A stretch of 64,000 nucleotides of DNA from an uncultured Ignavibacteriales bacterium (GTDB lineage: Bacteria > Zixibacteria > MSB-5A5 > GN15 > FEB-12). Under the pieces are notes generated by a model that saw only the letters and a program-made list of their open reading frames with translations, was not told where the DNA came from and ran no database searches. The position numbers were made by a program, and so were the translations under genes. Where the stretch lies: the NCBI GenBank assembly GCA_964571235.1, contig CAZNAI010000003.1:656700-720699 (forward strand), read 5' to 3'. Shown one piece after another: positions 17,172 to 27,687 of the stretch (its first letter is position 1; each line of letters opens with the position of its first letter).

Positions 17172-18899
17172 ATGTCCAGCCAAAAGTGGCGTATTGGACT
17201 CACCGCCGTACTGACCGTGCTGGCCTGCCTGGCTTTCTGGCATACCTTCCGGTTTTGGACGATGAGCGACGCCGACAAAGTAAAAATGCAGGAAGACAAG
17301 CCGGGTGAATACCTGGCCCTTCAACAAAAGGCAATCCGTCTCGGTCTTGATCTTCAGGGCGGTATCCACGTTGTCCTGCGGGTCAAGATGGAACAACTGA
17401 ATTCTGAAGAGCGCAAAGAAGCGGTCGACCGGGCGATATCGATTATCAGAAATCGTATCGACGGCCTCGGAGTTGCCGAGCCGATTATTCTCAAACAGGG
17501 TGAAGACCGGATTGTAATCGACTTGCCGGGATACACCGACGCCAACCGGGCGGAAGAACTAATCGGGCAGACGGCTATTCTTGAATTTAAGCTAATCGAG
17601 AACTACGACAACGCCACACTGGTGATCAACCGGCTGGACTCAGCGATACATGCGTATGAATCGTCACGGTCTGGCAAAACGCCCGATGCGGCGAATAAAA
17701 CGCCCGAACCGGCAAAACCTGCCGACACCAAGAGCGATACTTCAAAGAGCGAAGACCTCCTGACAAAGCTGACCAGCGATACGTCAGCGTCGGCGGCCGC
17801 GACAACGGGCGACTCAACTGAAGCAGAAGATCTGGCCTCAGACGACAAACCGTTGACCAACCGGTTGGAGCTTTGGCTGACCGGCAACGACAACAAGCCG
17901 TGGCCCGGTTGGGCGGTGGCAAAAACCGACAAGCCGATTATTGATCGCTGGCTTTCCACGCCGGAAATTTCGCGTGTCATTCCGCCCGATCTGCAACTGA
18001 GCTGGTCGACCCGGCTGGACCTTCGCAATCAGCGTGAGATTTATCAGATCTACATGGTGCGCAGAAAAGTCGAGCTTAAGGGAAATACGCTGGAAGGTAT
18101 TCATTTGAGCCGCGCCGATATGGGTGGACAAGCGGTCAGCTTTGCCCTTTCGGGAAACAATGCATCCAAATTCGCGCAGTTGACCGGCGCAAATATTCAC
18201 CGCCCTCTGGCGATTGTGATCGACGACAAAATTGAGTCGGCGCCGATTATCAACAGCAAGATCCGCAACTCAGGTCAGATCACGATGGGCGGAAGCGCGA
18301 CCATCAACGATGCCCGTGATCTGGAGATCGTGCTCAAAGCCGGTTCGCTTCCCGCTCCGGTGGAAATTATTGAGAAAAACGTGGTAGGCGCGACCCTCGG
18401 TGCTGACTCGATCAACAAAGGGTTGGTCTCTTCGGTGGTCGGGTTGTTGGCGGTCCTTCTGTATATCGGAATCTACTACCGTTTATCGGGCCTGATTGCC
18501 GATATCGGACTGCTGTTTAACATGTTCTTCTTACTGGCGATTCTGGCGGCGGTAAGCGCAACGCTGACCATGCCGGGTATCGCGGGAATTATTCTGACAA
18601 TCGGTATTTCGGTCGACTCGAACATTCTTATTTTCGAGCGTATCCGCGAGGAACTCCGCACCGGCAAGACTGTCCGGGCGGCGATCGACGCCGGATACGA
18701 ACGGGCCTTTACAACCATTCTTGACTCGCATGTCACCACCCTGATCACTGCGGCCGTACTGTTCTATGTCGGCTCCGGTCCGGTTCGTGGGTTTGCGGTC
18801 ACGCTGTTCTGGGGCGTGGCGTTGTCTCTGTACACCGCCTATGTGATCACCAAAGTGATCTTTGACTTCCGCAAAGGGTACAAATCCCTGAGCATATAA
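17172..18899 (+). CDS. secD: protein translocase subunit SecD
   Basis: The ATG at 17172 follows AAAGGA. Conserved LGLDLQGG and C-terminal SecD TM bundle. Long acidic/Ser-Thr-rich periplasmic insert. Confidence 0.9.
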   Translation: MSSQKWRIGLTAVLTVLACLAFWHTFRFWTMSDADKVKMQEDKPGEYLALQQKAIRLGLDLQGGIHVVLRVKMEQLNSEERKEAVDRAISIIRNRIDGLGVAEPIILKQGEDRIVIDLPGYTDANRAEELIGQTAILEFKLIENYDNATLVINRLDSAIHAYESSRSGKTPDAANKTPEPAKPADTKSDTSKSEDLLTKLTSDTSASAAATTGDSTEAEDLASDDKPLTNRLELWLTGNDNKPWPGWAVAKTDKPIIDRWLSTPEISRVIPPDLQLSWSTRLDLRNQREIYQIYMVRRKVELKGNTLEGIHLSRADMGGQAVSFALSGNNASKFAQLTGANIHRPLAIVIDDKIESAPIINSKIRNSGQITMGGSATINDARDLEIVLKAGSLPAPVEIIEKNVVGATLGADSINKGLVSSVVGLLAVLLYIGIYYRLSGLIADIGLLFNMFFLLAILAAVSATLTMPGIAGIILTIGISVDSNILIFERIREELRTGKTVRAAIDAGYERAFTTILDSHVTTLITAAVLFYVGSGPVRGFAVTLFWGVALSLYTAYVITKVIFDFRKGYKSLSI

Positions 18900-18910
18900 G
18901 TGAGGAACCC

Positions 18911-19837
18911 ATGCTGAATATCATAGGCAAAACCAATTTCGATTTTATTTCGATGCGCAAATATGCGTTTGTGCTTTCACTGGCAATGATTCTCGGTGGC
19001 GTTGTGTCGTTTTTCATGATTATGAGCGGCTCGGCCAATATGGGAATCGACTTTGCCGGAGGGGTGATGGTGCAGGGGCACTTTGAACAGCCGGTGAGTA
19101 TCGACCAATTGCGCCACGCCATCGGCACCCAATTCTCTGATGCTCAGATCAACGAGCTGAAGGATTTCGCCCAGCCGAACGCGTTTATCATTAAGACCAA
19201 ACGCCCGGCCGACGAAGCCGAAGCGAAGGCCCGTCTGGCGCAAATCACCAGTGTTATCGAAAAGAGCTTTCCGGGCAATACGTTTACCCGAGTGTCCGAA
19301 CATGTGATCGGTCCGGCGGTGGGCGAGAGCCTGCGCAAAGACGCTATTTGGGCTGTCCTCTTTTCTCTGATCGGCATTCTGGCGTACATCGCGGTGCGGT
19401 TTGATTTCCGTGCAGGAGTAGCGGCGACGATTGCCACTTTCCACGATGTGCTCGCGGTTATGGGGATCTTCTGGGTCCTCGGCCTTGAGTTCGATCTGTT
19501 GTTTGTGACCGCGCTGTTAACACTCGCCGGGTACTCGCTGACCGATACGGTGGTGGTCTACGACCGAATTCGCGAGAACCTGCGGAAATTCCGCGGACGA
19601 AACGAATTTGTGCCGGCGGTCAATCTGTCGATCAACGAAGTGCTATCGCGAACGATTAATACGTCGATGACTGTGCTCGTAGTGGTCGTCATTCTGTTCT
19701 TCTTCGGTGGCGAAGTGCTTCGCAATTTCTCACTGGCGATGATTATCGGAGTGCTGGTCGGGACATACTCGTCCTGGTTTGTCGCCTCGCCGATTATTGT
19801 CGAGTGGGAAGCCCGTTTCCCGAAACGGTTCAAATAG
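18911..19837 (+). CDS. secF: protein translocase subunit SecF
   Basis: 308 aa. Contains GIDFAGG and a SecF TM bundle. Immediately follows secD. Confidence 0.9.
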   Translation: MLNIIGKTNFDFISMRKYAFVLSLAMILGGVVSFFMIMSGSANMGIDFAGGVMVQGHFEQPVSIDQLRHAIGTQFSDAQINELKDFAQPNAFIIKTKRPADEAEAKARLAQITSVIEKSFPGNTFTRVSEHVIGPAVGESLRKDAIWAVLFSLIGILAYIAVRFDFRAGVAATIATFHDVLAVMGIFWVLGLEFDLLFVTALLTLAGYSLTDTVVVYDRIRENLRKFRGRNEFVPAVNLSINEVLSRTINTSMTVLVVVVILFFFGGEVLRNFSLAMIIGVLVGTYSSWFVASPIIVEWEARFPKRFK

Positions 19838-19897
19838 GCGCTCCTCTGCTGGGCGGGTTCGTCTTTGAGCTCGCTAAAGTGACATTAGATTGAAGTG

Positions 19898-19931
19898 CCG
19901 TCAGGCCTCCCGGCCTGACGGCTTTTTTTTG
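19898..19931 (+). terminator. rho-independent terminator after secF (family-A-like hairpin)
   Basis: gccgtcaggcc-tccc-ggcctgacggc followed by an 8-T run. Confidence 0.8.
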
Positions 19932-19961
19932 TAAATAATGCCGCTGTCAGGGCGGGTCTTG

Positions 19962-20090
19962 TAGGTCGGGTTCCGATGATCCGCCGCGACGCGTGCGGAT
20001 CGAGAAACCCGACATCTTTTTCCCCCTGTCCAAGATGTCGGGTTTCTCACTCGTCCGGTCAGGCCGGACTCGCTCAGAACCCGACCTACA
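19962..20090. repeat. REPIN-like inverted doublet of family C REPs
   Basis: Left unit GTAGGTCGGGTTC...GAAACCCGACATC (19962-20017). Right unit GATGTCGGGTTTC...GAACCCGACCTAC (20035-20090). Each unit encloses a different inner hairpin. Confidence 0.8.
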
Positions 20091-20168
20091 TTTCTTCTGC
20101 TGTCAGTGCCGGAGCACTGACAGCACGACATGCTCGGAATCTGCTGACCCGATGCCGATATTAGACTC

Positions 20169-21077
20169 ATGAGCGTTATCGAAGCCACCGAATCGAGTTA
20201 CACGTTATTCCGAACTGGCACCCATTGGGTGGCCAGCTTTCGTGCCATGGCGTCGCCCTGTGAGGTCCTTATCGCCTGCGAAAAGGCGACCGACGCCGAA
20301 AAACTCGCCTTGCTGGCGTATGTCGAGACAACCCGGATCGAGCGGAAGTTCAGCCGGTATCGCGATGACAGCGTGGTTGCGCAAATCAATCGGGGGAACG
20401 GCCAGCCGGTAGCGATTGACGACGAGACATTTCAACTTCTTACGTATGCCGGAGAGTGTCACGCCCTCACCGACGGACTGTTTGATATTACTTCCGGGAT
20501 TCTGCGAAGGGCGTGGACATTCGACGGCCGCGAAGTCAAACCCAATCAGGAACTGATCGACCGGTTGCTTGAATTAGTGGGTTGGGAGAAAGTCGAACTT
20601 ACTACCAGTGCGATAACTTTGTTGCCGGGGATGCAGATCGATTTGGGGGGAGTGGGCAAAGAGTATGCGGTCGACCGCGTGGCAAGTTTGCTGTACACTG
20701 TCCTGCCAGTGCCGTTGCTGGTCAACTTCGGCGGTGATTTGCGAGCCATTTGTCCACCGATGATTAATCACCGATGGGATATCGGTGTGGAAGCTACGGA
20801 CCAACCGAATCGACCGGTTGGGTTGATTGATTTGTCACACGGGGGAGTAGCGACCAGCGGGGTTTCCTATCGCTACTGTTTTGTGAAGGGAAAACGGCTC
20901 GGCCATATTCTAAATCCGCTCACCGGCTGGCCGGTGGAAAATGCTCCCAAGAGTGTCACGGTCTTGGCCGACACCTGCACCGAAGCCGGGCTACTCACCA
21001 CGACCGCCATGTTACATGGCGAAGGGGCGGAGGAGTTTCTTAAGGCGCAGGGAGTGGCATTTCACTGCTGTCGATAG
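20169..21077 (+). CDS. apbE: FAD:protein FMN transferase (ApbE family)
   Basis: 302 aa. ApbE-like core ...DLGGVGKEYAVD... and ...GVATSG... Confidence 0.8.
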   Translation: MSVIEATESSYTLFRTGTHWVASFRAMASPCEVLIACEKATDAEKLALLAYVETTRIERKFSRYRDDSVVAQINRGNGQPVAIDDETFQLLTYAGECHALTDGLFDITSGILRRAWTFDGREVKPNQELIDRLLELVGWEKVELTTSAITLLPGMQIDLGGVGKEYAVDRVASLLYTVLPVPLLVNFGGDLRAICPPMINHRWDIGVEATDQPNRPVGLIDLSHGGVATSGVSYRYCFVKGKRLGHILNPLTGWPVENAPKSVTVLADTCTEAGLLTTTAMLHGEGAEEFLKAQGVAFHCCR

Positions 21078-21135
21078 ATTGTAATGGCGTCACTATCCTA
21101 TTGCGAAATTCCCTGCACCCAAATAGCGACTTCGG

Positions 21136-21960
21136 GTGTATATTGTGTATATGAGGCGCGAACTGGTCTATGTTTCATTTCTGGCCCTGGCATTTGCCGG
21201 GCTTGGTTCGGTTCATGCCGCCGATCCGATGCCGAGTCCTTCGGTCAAGCCGACCACAATCGAACAACCAAGCGGCGATCTGCAGGAACTTCAGAATGTC
21301 ATTCGGCGGGTTCTCCCGGCCACCCAGCCGCGCGGGTATACCCCGCCTCAGGGGCACCCGAATCCGTCGGCAATCAAAGTGGCCCGCCTTCACTATTCCG
21401 GTGGGGGAGACTGGTACTGGGGGCCGTCGTCGGTGCCCAATTTACTGACCTATATCCGGCAGAATACCGATTTGCTGGTCGATACCATGGAGCGCCAGGT
21501 TACCCTGACCGACCCGGAGTTGTTCAGATATCCGTTCTTGTTTGCCACCGGCCATGGGACAATCACGTTTACCCCCGAAGAGAAAGAGCGCCTGCGAACA
21601 TATTTGACGGGCGGCGGCTTTTTATTCGTCAATGATTCGTACGGTATGTCCGAATCGTTCAGAAAAGAAATGGCGACGATCTTCCCCGAGCGGGAGGTGG
21701 TCGAACTGCCCTTTGAGCATCCGATCTATCACGCCGTGTTCGATTTCCCGAACGGCCCACCGAAAATTCACGAGCACGACAGCAAACCGCCGCGGGGGTA
21801 TGCAATCGTTGTAAGTGGACGGGTGGTGGTCTATTTTCTAGTCGAAGGGGATATCGGCGACGGTTGGGAGGACCCGCAGGTGCACAACGACCCGGAGGCA
21901 AAGCGGGAACTAGCCCTGAAGATGGGGACGAACTTAGTGGCCTACGCCCTGTTATATTAG
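21136..21960 (+). CDS. DUF4159 domain protein
   Basis: Signal peptide, then ...FRYPFLFATGHGTITFTPEEKERLRTYLTGGGFLFVNDSYG...HPIYH... This matches the DUF4159 pattern. The start may be 21151. Confidence 0.7.
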   Translation: MYIVYMRRELVYVSFLALAFAGLGSVHAADPMPSPSVKPTTIEQPSGDLQELQNVIRRVLPATQPRGYTPPQGHPNPSAIKVARLHYSGGGDWYWGPSSVPNLLTYIRQNTDLLVDTMERQVTLTDPELFRYPFLFATGHGTITFTPEEKERLRTYLTGGGFLFVNDSYGMSESFRKEMATIFPEREVVELPFEHPIYHAVFDFPNGPPKIHEHDSKPPRGYAIVVSGRVVVYFLVEGDIGDGWEDPQVHNDPEAKRELALKMGTNLVAYALLY

Positions 21961-22027
21961 CACGTACCTGCCTTTTGACGATCGGCAGTCGATAAGACAA
22001 TAATGTCCGCTTTACGAGGATGACACT

Positions 22028-25000
22028 ATGAGTCAGATGCAATCGAGTTCGACTTTGATAGCGCGGCTGAAGACGATATTACTTCGGCAACGTCTGGTGT
22101 CGTTTACCTCGGGAGTGGTCTTTACTGGAGCGTTGGTATTGGCAGTCGCCATAGTCCTTTCGCTGGTTGCCAACTGGTTTGTGATTCCTGTGGTCGTGAA
22201 AATCGGCCTCTTACTTGGGGCGGCAGTGGTGGCGGGGTACTTTTTTGCACGTCGTGCGCTTGCGCAGTTGTTTGTAGGCTCCGTTGATACGGTGGCGGTC
22301 GAGCTTGAAAACAAATATGTCGACCTAAAAGGGCGACTGATTGCCGCAGTGCAATTTGCCCGGATGACCGACGATCCCGGATTCTCGCGCGAACTGATCG
22401 AAGTGACCGAACAACAGGCGCTCGAGCGGGCCGGACTGATCAATTTCAACTCGGTCGTATCGTATTATCCGCTTTGGAAAACAGGGCGAATCCTGCTGGC
22501 GCCTGCGATTGTGGCAGTTGCTCTTCTTGTAATTTCACCGGGGTTATTCAGCTATTCGTACGAAGTCTGGTCCAACCCGACCTCGAAGGTCGCGCCGCCT
22601 ATTGCCTACTCGCTCACCGGGTATCCCGGATCGACCCAATGGGTGAAATACAAAGACCTCGCTATCGGAGGCGTTCTTACCGGACAGCGAATCCCGCAGA
22701 CTGCAACTATCCACTACCGCTTCACCGGCGGGAGCTGGCAGACGGTCAAATTGCCGCTGGCAGGAGCCCCGAGGACCTCGATGGGATCAGGTGATTCCCT
22801 CTTGTTCAGCACGACGCTCCGGCAGGTTAACAAGTCGCTGGACTACTTTGTCGAGGCCGGCGAGTTGAAAACTGAAATTCAGAATATCGACGTGGTCGAC
22901 CGTCCGAGAGTAACCAACATCACGCTGTCGGTTTTCTATCCAGATTATACCGGTCTTAAACCAACGACCCTCGACGAAAAATCCGGTTCGTTCTCAGCCG
23001 TCGTCGGAAGCCGCGCCACTATCAAAGTTGAGGCGAATTTGCCGATGCAAAAAGCCGAACTGGTTTGGGACGATTCCAGCAGGACTCCGCTGACCGTAAT
23101 CGGCAATTCGATTGAAGGCGCCCTGCAGGTCGATAAATCGCGGTCGTATTACATTCACCTTTCCGACAATTTGGGCGAGACCAACCCCGACCCGATTCAG
23201 TATTACATGACTGCGGTGCCTGATGAGTATCCGACAATCGACGTCCTTTATCCAGGGTACGACGCGAATCTGACCGACGAGATGCTGATTCCGTTCAAAC
23301 TCCATATCGGCGATGATTACGGGTTTACTTCACTTGTGCTCAAGTATCAGATCACTTCGCAAGGTGGAAAATCCAAGGAGAATGTGGCGGTGCTCCATTT
23401 CTCCGACCGGATCAAGACCGAAGGAGATATCGATTTCAACTGGGATATGTCGCCGCTCAACTTGTATCCCGGTGATTATGTCGCCTACCACTTTGAAGTT
23501 GCCGACAACGACAAGATCTCCGGCCCCAAAATTTCCCGTACGCGCGATTTTATCGCCCGGGTTCCTTCTGTTGATGAACTGGTGGCCGCGCTCGATCAGG
23601 ATAACAAGCAAAGGGTTTCAAGCACCGAGGACCTGGTCAAGACCGGTCGCGATTTAGTTCAGCGCCTGAAAAACGCGGCGCGCAAGATCGACGCTCAATC
23701 CAAAGACAACGCCGGCAAATCGGCTGACTGGCAACAGCAAAAGGAACTTGAAGGAATTTCTCAGAAAAACGAAGAACTTCTGCAGAAAGTCGACACCCTC
23801 GCGAACAAAATGAATGAATCGCTGGATAAGCTCAAAGAGAATGCGATTTTGAGCCGCGAGATCATGGAAAAGATGCAACAGATTCAGAAGCTGTTTGAGG
23901 AGGTCGCCACGCCGGAAATGCGCGAGGCTCAGCGCAAACTGCAGGAAGCGCTCAAGAGCATGGATCCCGAGCAGATCAAGAAAGCGATGGAGAAATTCCA
24001 GAACTCGCAAAAAGATATGATGGAGCGCCTTGAGCGGACACTCGCTTTGCTTAAGAAAATGCAACTTGAGCAGAAGATGGAAGCGATGGTGCGCAAGGCC
24101 GAGGATCTGGCCAAGCGGCAGGACGCGAATAATAAGAAGACCGATCAGGCCGAAAGCGCGGGACTTCCCAATATCGCCAAGCAGGAAGAGGAACTGACGC
24201 AGTCGCTCGAACAACTCAAAAAAGATGTCGAGGAAATGCAGAAAATCGCGCAAGAGGCCAAGCTCGACCAGAAACCTGAGGTACAAAAATTCGCCGAGGC
24301 GATCAAGAAGACCGACGCCGGCGAGAATATGCAAAAGATGTCCAACTCGCTCTCGCAACAGCAGAAGCAACCGGCCCAGAAAGAAGGGAAAGAGGCGCTT
24401 TCCAAGCTGATGCAGATGGTGGGCGAGATGCAGAGCCAGCAGAACGCGATGAAGAACGAGAATAATTCGCAGATGCAACAGGCGATGCGCCGGGCGCTTG
24501 AAGACGCCAACTTTCTGTCGAAGTCACAGGAAGAGATGATGAACCAGGCGGCGGCGATGGACCCGCGGTCGATGGTTATGCACGATATGGCGAAATCACA
24601 ACAGGATTTGGCCGCGGCCTGCAATGGTCTGAAGAACACAGTGGCGGAGATGAGCAAAGGTTCGCCATTTGTCGCCGCCGAGTTGACCAGTGTGCTCAAT
24701 GAGGCGACCGGCAAAATGGAAGCCGCGACCGGAGCATTCGATCAGAAAAACGGATTCTCCGGAATGAACAGCCAGCGCGACGCGATGGTGGGTCTCAATC
24801 GCGCCGCCACCCGGCTTATGGAATCGCTCGATCAGCAGAAGAGTTGCAACAAAGGCGGAAGTTGCGACAAGAACATGTCTCAGCTTGAATCGATGTGCGA
24901 CAAGCAGAGCAGTTTGAATCAACAGACCCAGAGTCAATGCAACAATCCGCAAAATCAGGGTCAAAGCGGCAAGCCCAATGCCGACCGTGAGGGATTGGCG

Positions 25001-25474
25001 CGGTTGGCCGCCGAGCAGGGGTCGATTCGCAAATCGATGGAACAGCTTGAAAAAGAATTCGGTGGATCGCGGCAAATCATGGGCCGCTTGTCCGATATCG
25101 CCGGCGAGATGAAAAAAGTGGAGGAAGAGTTGGCTGGGGGTGAGGCGGGACCGCAGACAGTCGAGCGCCAGCTCAAGATATTCTCGCGGATGCTTGAAGC
25201 GACCCGATCGCTCCAGCGCAAAGACTTCACCGACGAACGCAAATCGACCACCGCCACAACCAATGCAGTCATGATTCCGCAGGGAATTCCGGCCGGGCTG
25301 TTTGACGACCGTACTCCGATAGAAGACCGCCTGCGCGAATTTTTGGGTAAAGATTACCCGCCGCAATACGAGGAACAAATCAAAGCGTATTTCCGGGCGC
25401 TCCTCAAATCAGAATCGTCGCAGGGTGGTTCATCCCCGGTGACCGAGCCAACCCCCGCAACGCAGAATAAGTAG
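22028..25474 (+). CDS. large membrane-anchored coiled-coil protein (DUF4175-like?)
   Basis: 1148 aa. N-terminal TM helices, a beta-rich region, about 500 aa of K/E/Q/M-rich coiled coil, and C-terminal ...YPPQYEEQIKAYFRALL. Confidence 0.75.
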   Translation: MSQMQSSSTLIARLKTILLRQRLVSFTSGVVFTGALVLAVAIVLSLVANWFVIPVVVKIGLLLGAAVVAGYFFARRALAQLFVGSVDTVAVELENKYVDLKGRLIAAVQFARMTDDPGFSRELIEVTEQQALERAGLINFNSVVSYYPLWKTGRILLAPAIVAVALLVISPGLFSYSYEVWSNPTSKVAPPIAYSLTGYPGSTQWVKYKDLAIGGVLTGQRIPQTATIHYRFTGGSWQTVKLPLAGAPRTSMGSGDSLLFSTTLRQVNKSLDYFVEAGELKTEIQNIDVVDRPRVTNITLSVFYPDYTGLKPTTLDEKSGSFSAVVGSRATIKVEANLPMQKAELVWDDSSRTPLTVIGNSIEGALQVDKSRSYYIHLSDNLGETNPDPIQYYMTAVPDEYPTIDVLYPGYDANLTDEMLIPFKLHIGDDYGFTSLVLKYQITSQGGKSKENVAVLHFSDRIKTEGDIDFNWDMSPLNLYPGDYVAYHFEVADNDKISGPKISRTRDFIARVPSVDELVAALDQDNKQRVSSTEDLVKTGRDLVQRLKNAARKIDAQSKDNAGKSADWQQQKELEGISQKNEELLQKVDTLANKMNESLDKLKENAILSREIMEKMQQIQKLFEEVATPEMREAQRKLQEALKSMDPEQIKKAMEKFQNSQKDMMERLERTLALLKKMQLEQKMEAMVRKAEDLAKRQDANNKKTDQAESAGLPNIAKQEEELTQSLEQLKKDVEEMQKIAQEAKLDQKPEVQKFAEAIKKTDAGENMQKMSNSLSQQQKQPAQKEGKEALSKLMQMVGEMQSQQNAMKNENNSQMQQAMRRALEDANFLSKSQEEMMNQAAAMDPRSMVMHDMAKSQQDLAAACNGLKNTVAEMSKGSPFVAAELTSVLNEATGKMEAATGAFDQKNGFSGMNSQRDAMVGLNRAATRLMESLDQQKSCNKGGSCDKNMSQLESMCDKQSSLNQQTQSQCNNPQNQGQSGKPNADREGLARLAAEQGSIRKSMEQLEKEFGGSRQIMGRLSDIAGEMKKVEEELAGGEAGPQTVERQLKIFSRMLEATRSLQRKDFTDERKSTTATTNAVMIPQGIPAGLFDDRTPIEDRLREFLGKDYPPQYEEQIKAYFRALLKSESSQGGSSPVTEPTPATQNK

Positions 25475-27294
25475 TGGGGGAGATGCGTATCCGATCCTGT
25501 CGTTTTGTTCTCGGTTGTATTGCGATTGTCTTCTGGGCACAAGTGGTTTCGGCGGAACAACCGGCCGACGCGACCTACGAAGACAAGATCACAGCCGTCC
25601 GGCAATTGATTAAATCGAAAAATGTCGACGGCGCTATCGCCATGCTCGAAGTGATGTTCGAGTCACGCGCCGACGATCAGCTTGTAGTCAATCTCCTTCG
25701 CAATTGTTACGAAGATACGCGAAACTGGGGGAAAGCCGAACTACTGGCGCGGCGACTGGTTGAGCGCGATCCCGGCAATTACAACTGGCGGCTCTATCTG
25801 GCCGAGTCTCTGGCCAAAGAAAATCTGGTAGATTCAGCGGTGCGGGCATACAAAGAGACCTTTGCCATGACGCCGGCATCCGATTCGGGGCGGTATTACG
25901 CAATCTTACACAGCATGATGGCGTTCGGCGCTCATAGCGGCGCACTTGAAATTGTAGATTCAGTACGGGCTCGATCAGGCAATACACGTGCGTTCGGGCT
26001 TCAGCGCGGTCAGCTCCTGCAAATGGAACGTCGGTTCGCCGAGGCGACAGAAGAGATGTTCACAGTGCTGGCCACTGACACCGGATACGCGGCAGGCGAC
26101 GCCGAGGCACAGCTATTGAGCCTACTGGCCTACCCCGAAGCCACTGCTGAGGCCGAGAGAGTGCTGAGTTCAATTTCAAGCGAAGTCAACAGCGGCAGGG
26201 CGCTGAGGCTGTTGATGACTCACGCTATCAAGTCGGGACAATACGATCGGGCGCTGGCGTTTGCCATTCGCCAGGACACGATTCAAAAAGGCGAGGGCCA
26301 GCCGCTGGCAGACTTTGTCCGCCAGTGTTTTGACCGAAGGGCGTATGATCCAGTGGTTAAAGGCGCCGATTACACTCTGGCCCGCTACAAAAACGGCTCG
26401 TTCATGTCGGAACTGCGCTTTGACCGGGCGGAGGCGCTTGCAATTCTGGGCCATCATGACGCGGCCTTGTCGGCGTACCGCGAGATAGCTTCCGCCGCAC
26501 CCACGCCGGCCGATTTGTCCGAGGCCTACTGCGGCATCGCGATTTTGTATCTCGACCAGTTGAACGATCCAACCAGTGCACGGACCTACTTTGACAGTGT
26601 AAAAGCACAGTCCGGGCGTGGACTGCCGTATCTCAGAGCAGTTCGACTGGCGCCGCTGTGCGATATTCGCGGAGGCGACTACGCATCGGCGAGAATCACA
26701 CTGAACCGAATTATCGAGCAGAGATTTTCCGATGACATCATGGAAGAGGCGGAGTACCGTCTGGCGATTTTGGATTTGTTCGAGCACAGGTTTGATTCCA
26801 CCAAAGCGGCCCTTAAGAAACTGACTGTCGATCATCCGCGGGGGTTGTATGTCAACGACGCCATGCAACTGATGATTGATATGGATCCGGTACTTCCCGA
26901 TACGACTTTGCTGGTTCTGTATGCGCGGGGTGTCGAATGCGAGATGAGGCGAATGACTGATTCGGCGCGTCGGGCACTGGGTAAGTTAATCGACGCCACC
27001 GATCAGAAGTTGGCCGATGTGGCGCTCTATCGTTTGGCCAAAATGGAGCTTGAACAAAGCGACACAACCGCCACCTTGCGGGCGCTGGATCATCTCACCG
27101 AGAATTTCGCAGAGTCATTTTACCGGCCGTATGGATTGAAACTGAAAGCCGACCTGATTGTTGACCGACCGGGTGAGCGGGACAAGGCGCGACTGATCTA
27201 CCGCGAACTTCTGGAAAAGTACCCGAACTCGCCGTTTGCTTCTGATGCCCGCACGCGCTTACGGGCGCTTGAAAAAGAAGGGCGGGTCGGTTAG
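25474..27294 (+). CDS. TPR repeat protein
   Basis: 606 aa with a signal peptide and repeated TPR-like helical pairs. The start overlaps the upstream stop; an alternative ATG is at 25483. Confidence 0.75.
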   Translation: MGEMRIRSCRFVLGCIAIVFWAQVVSAEQPADATYEDKITAVRQLIKSKNVDGAIAMLEVMFESRADDQLVVNLLRNCYEDTRNWGKAELLARRLVERDPGNYNWRLYLAESLAKENLVDSAVRAYKETFAMTPASDSGRYYAILHSMMAFGAHSGALEIVDSVRARSGNTRAFGLQRGQLLQMERRFAEATEEMFTVLATDTGYAAGDAEAQLLSLLAYPEATAEAERVLSSISSEVNSGRALRLLMTHAIKSGQYDRALAFAIRQDTIQKGEGQPLADFVRQCFDRRAYDPVVKGADYTLARYKNGSFMSELRFDRAEALAILGHHDAALSAYREIASAAPTPADLSEAYCGIAILYLDQLNDPTSARTYFDSVKAQSGRGLPYLRAVRLAPLCDIRGGDYASARITLNRIIEQRFSDDIMEEAEYRLAILDLFEHRFDSTKAALKKLTVDHPRGLYVNDAMQLMIDMDPVLPDTTLLVLYARGVECEMRRMTDSARRALGKLIDATDQKLADVALYRLAKMELEQSDTTATLRALDHLTENFAESFYRPYGLKLKADLIVDRPGERDKARLIYRELLEKYPNSPFASDARTRLRALEKEGRVG

Positions 27295-27551
27295 TAATCC
27301 GAGAGCGCCTTCTGGGTCGATTTCATTTCGGAAATCTGACGTTCCAGATCGAAAATTCTCGCCTGCACGCTTTCGAACTTGTGTTCTTTGCGCTTGGCGG
27401 TCGTGCGAACCAACAGGCCCATCGAAATCAGCATAAACAGAATCGAGTTGATGGTGCGAAAAATATCGCCCATGTTGAAAATAGTGTCGAGAAACGCCGC
27501 GATTCCCAGACAGAACAGAATTGAACACCAGAGATACATAGTTGCCTCCAA
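27291..27551 (-). CDS. small two-TM protein with C-terminal amphipathic/coiled-coil helix
   Basis: 86 aa. GGAGG lies 7 nt upstream of the ATG. Two hydrophobic helices, then ...ARIFDLERQISEMKSTQKALSDY. Confidence 0.6.
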   Translation of the reverse strand: MEATMYLWCSILFCLGIAAFLDTIFNMGDIFRTINSILFMLISMGLLVRTTAKRKEHKFESVQARIFDLERQISEMKSTQKALSDY

Positions 27552-27687
27552 ATTTGTCAGGACACCCTGCGCCTGATTTTGATTTTGACTTGGGCGGGTA
27601 CATTCCGTATCCTACCGCCCGCGTGCGCTCGGGTCCTATTATATTATCGGCAAACGACTTCCAAGGTTTAGAGGAGACTTCTGCACA

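Noticed and set aside
23654-25378. Minus-strand ORFs of 274, 189 and 260 aa.
   Set aside because: They are antisense to the coiled-coil region of the 1148-aa protein. Their Leu/Arg/Phe-rich low-complexity translations are mirror artefacts of K/E/Q codon runs.
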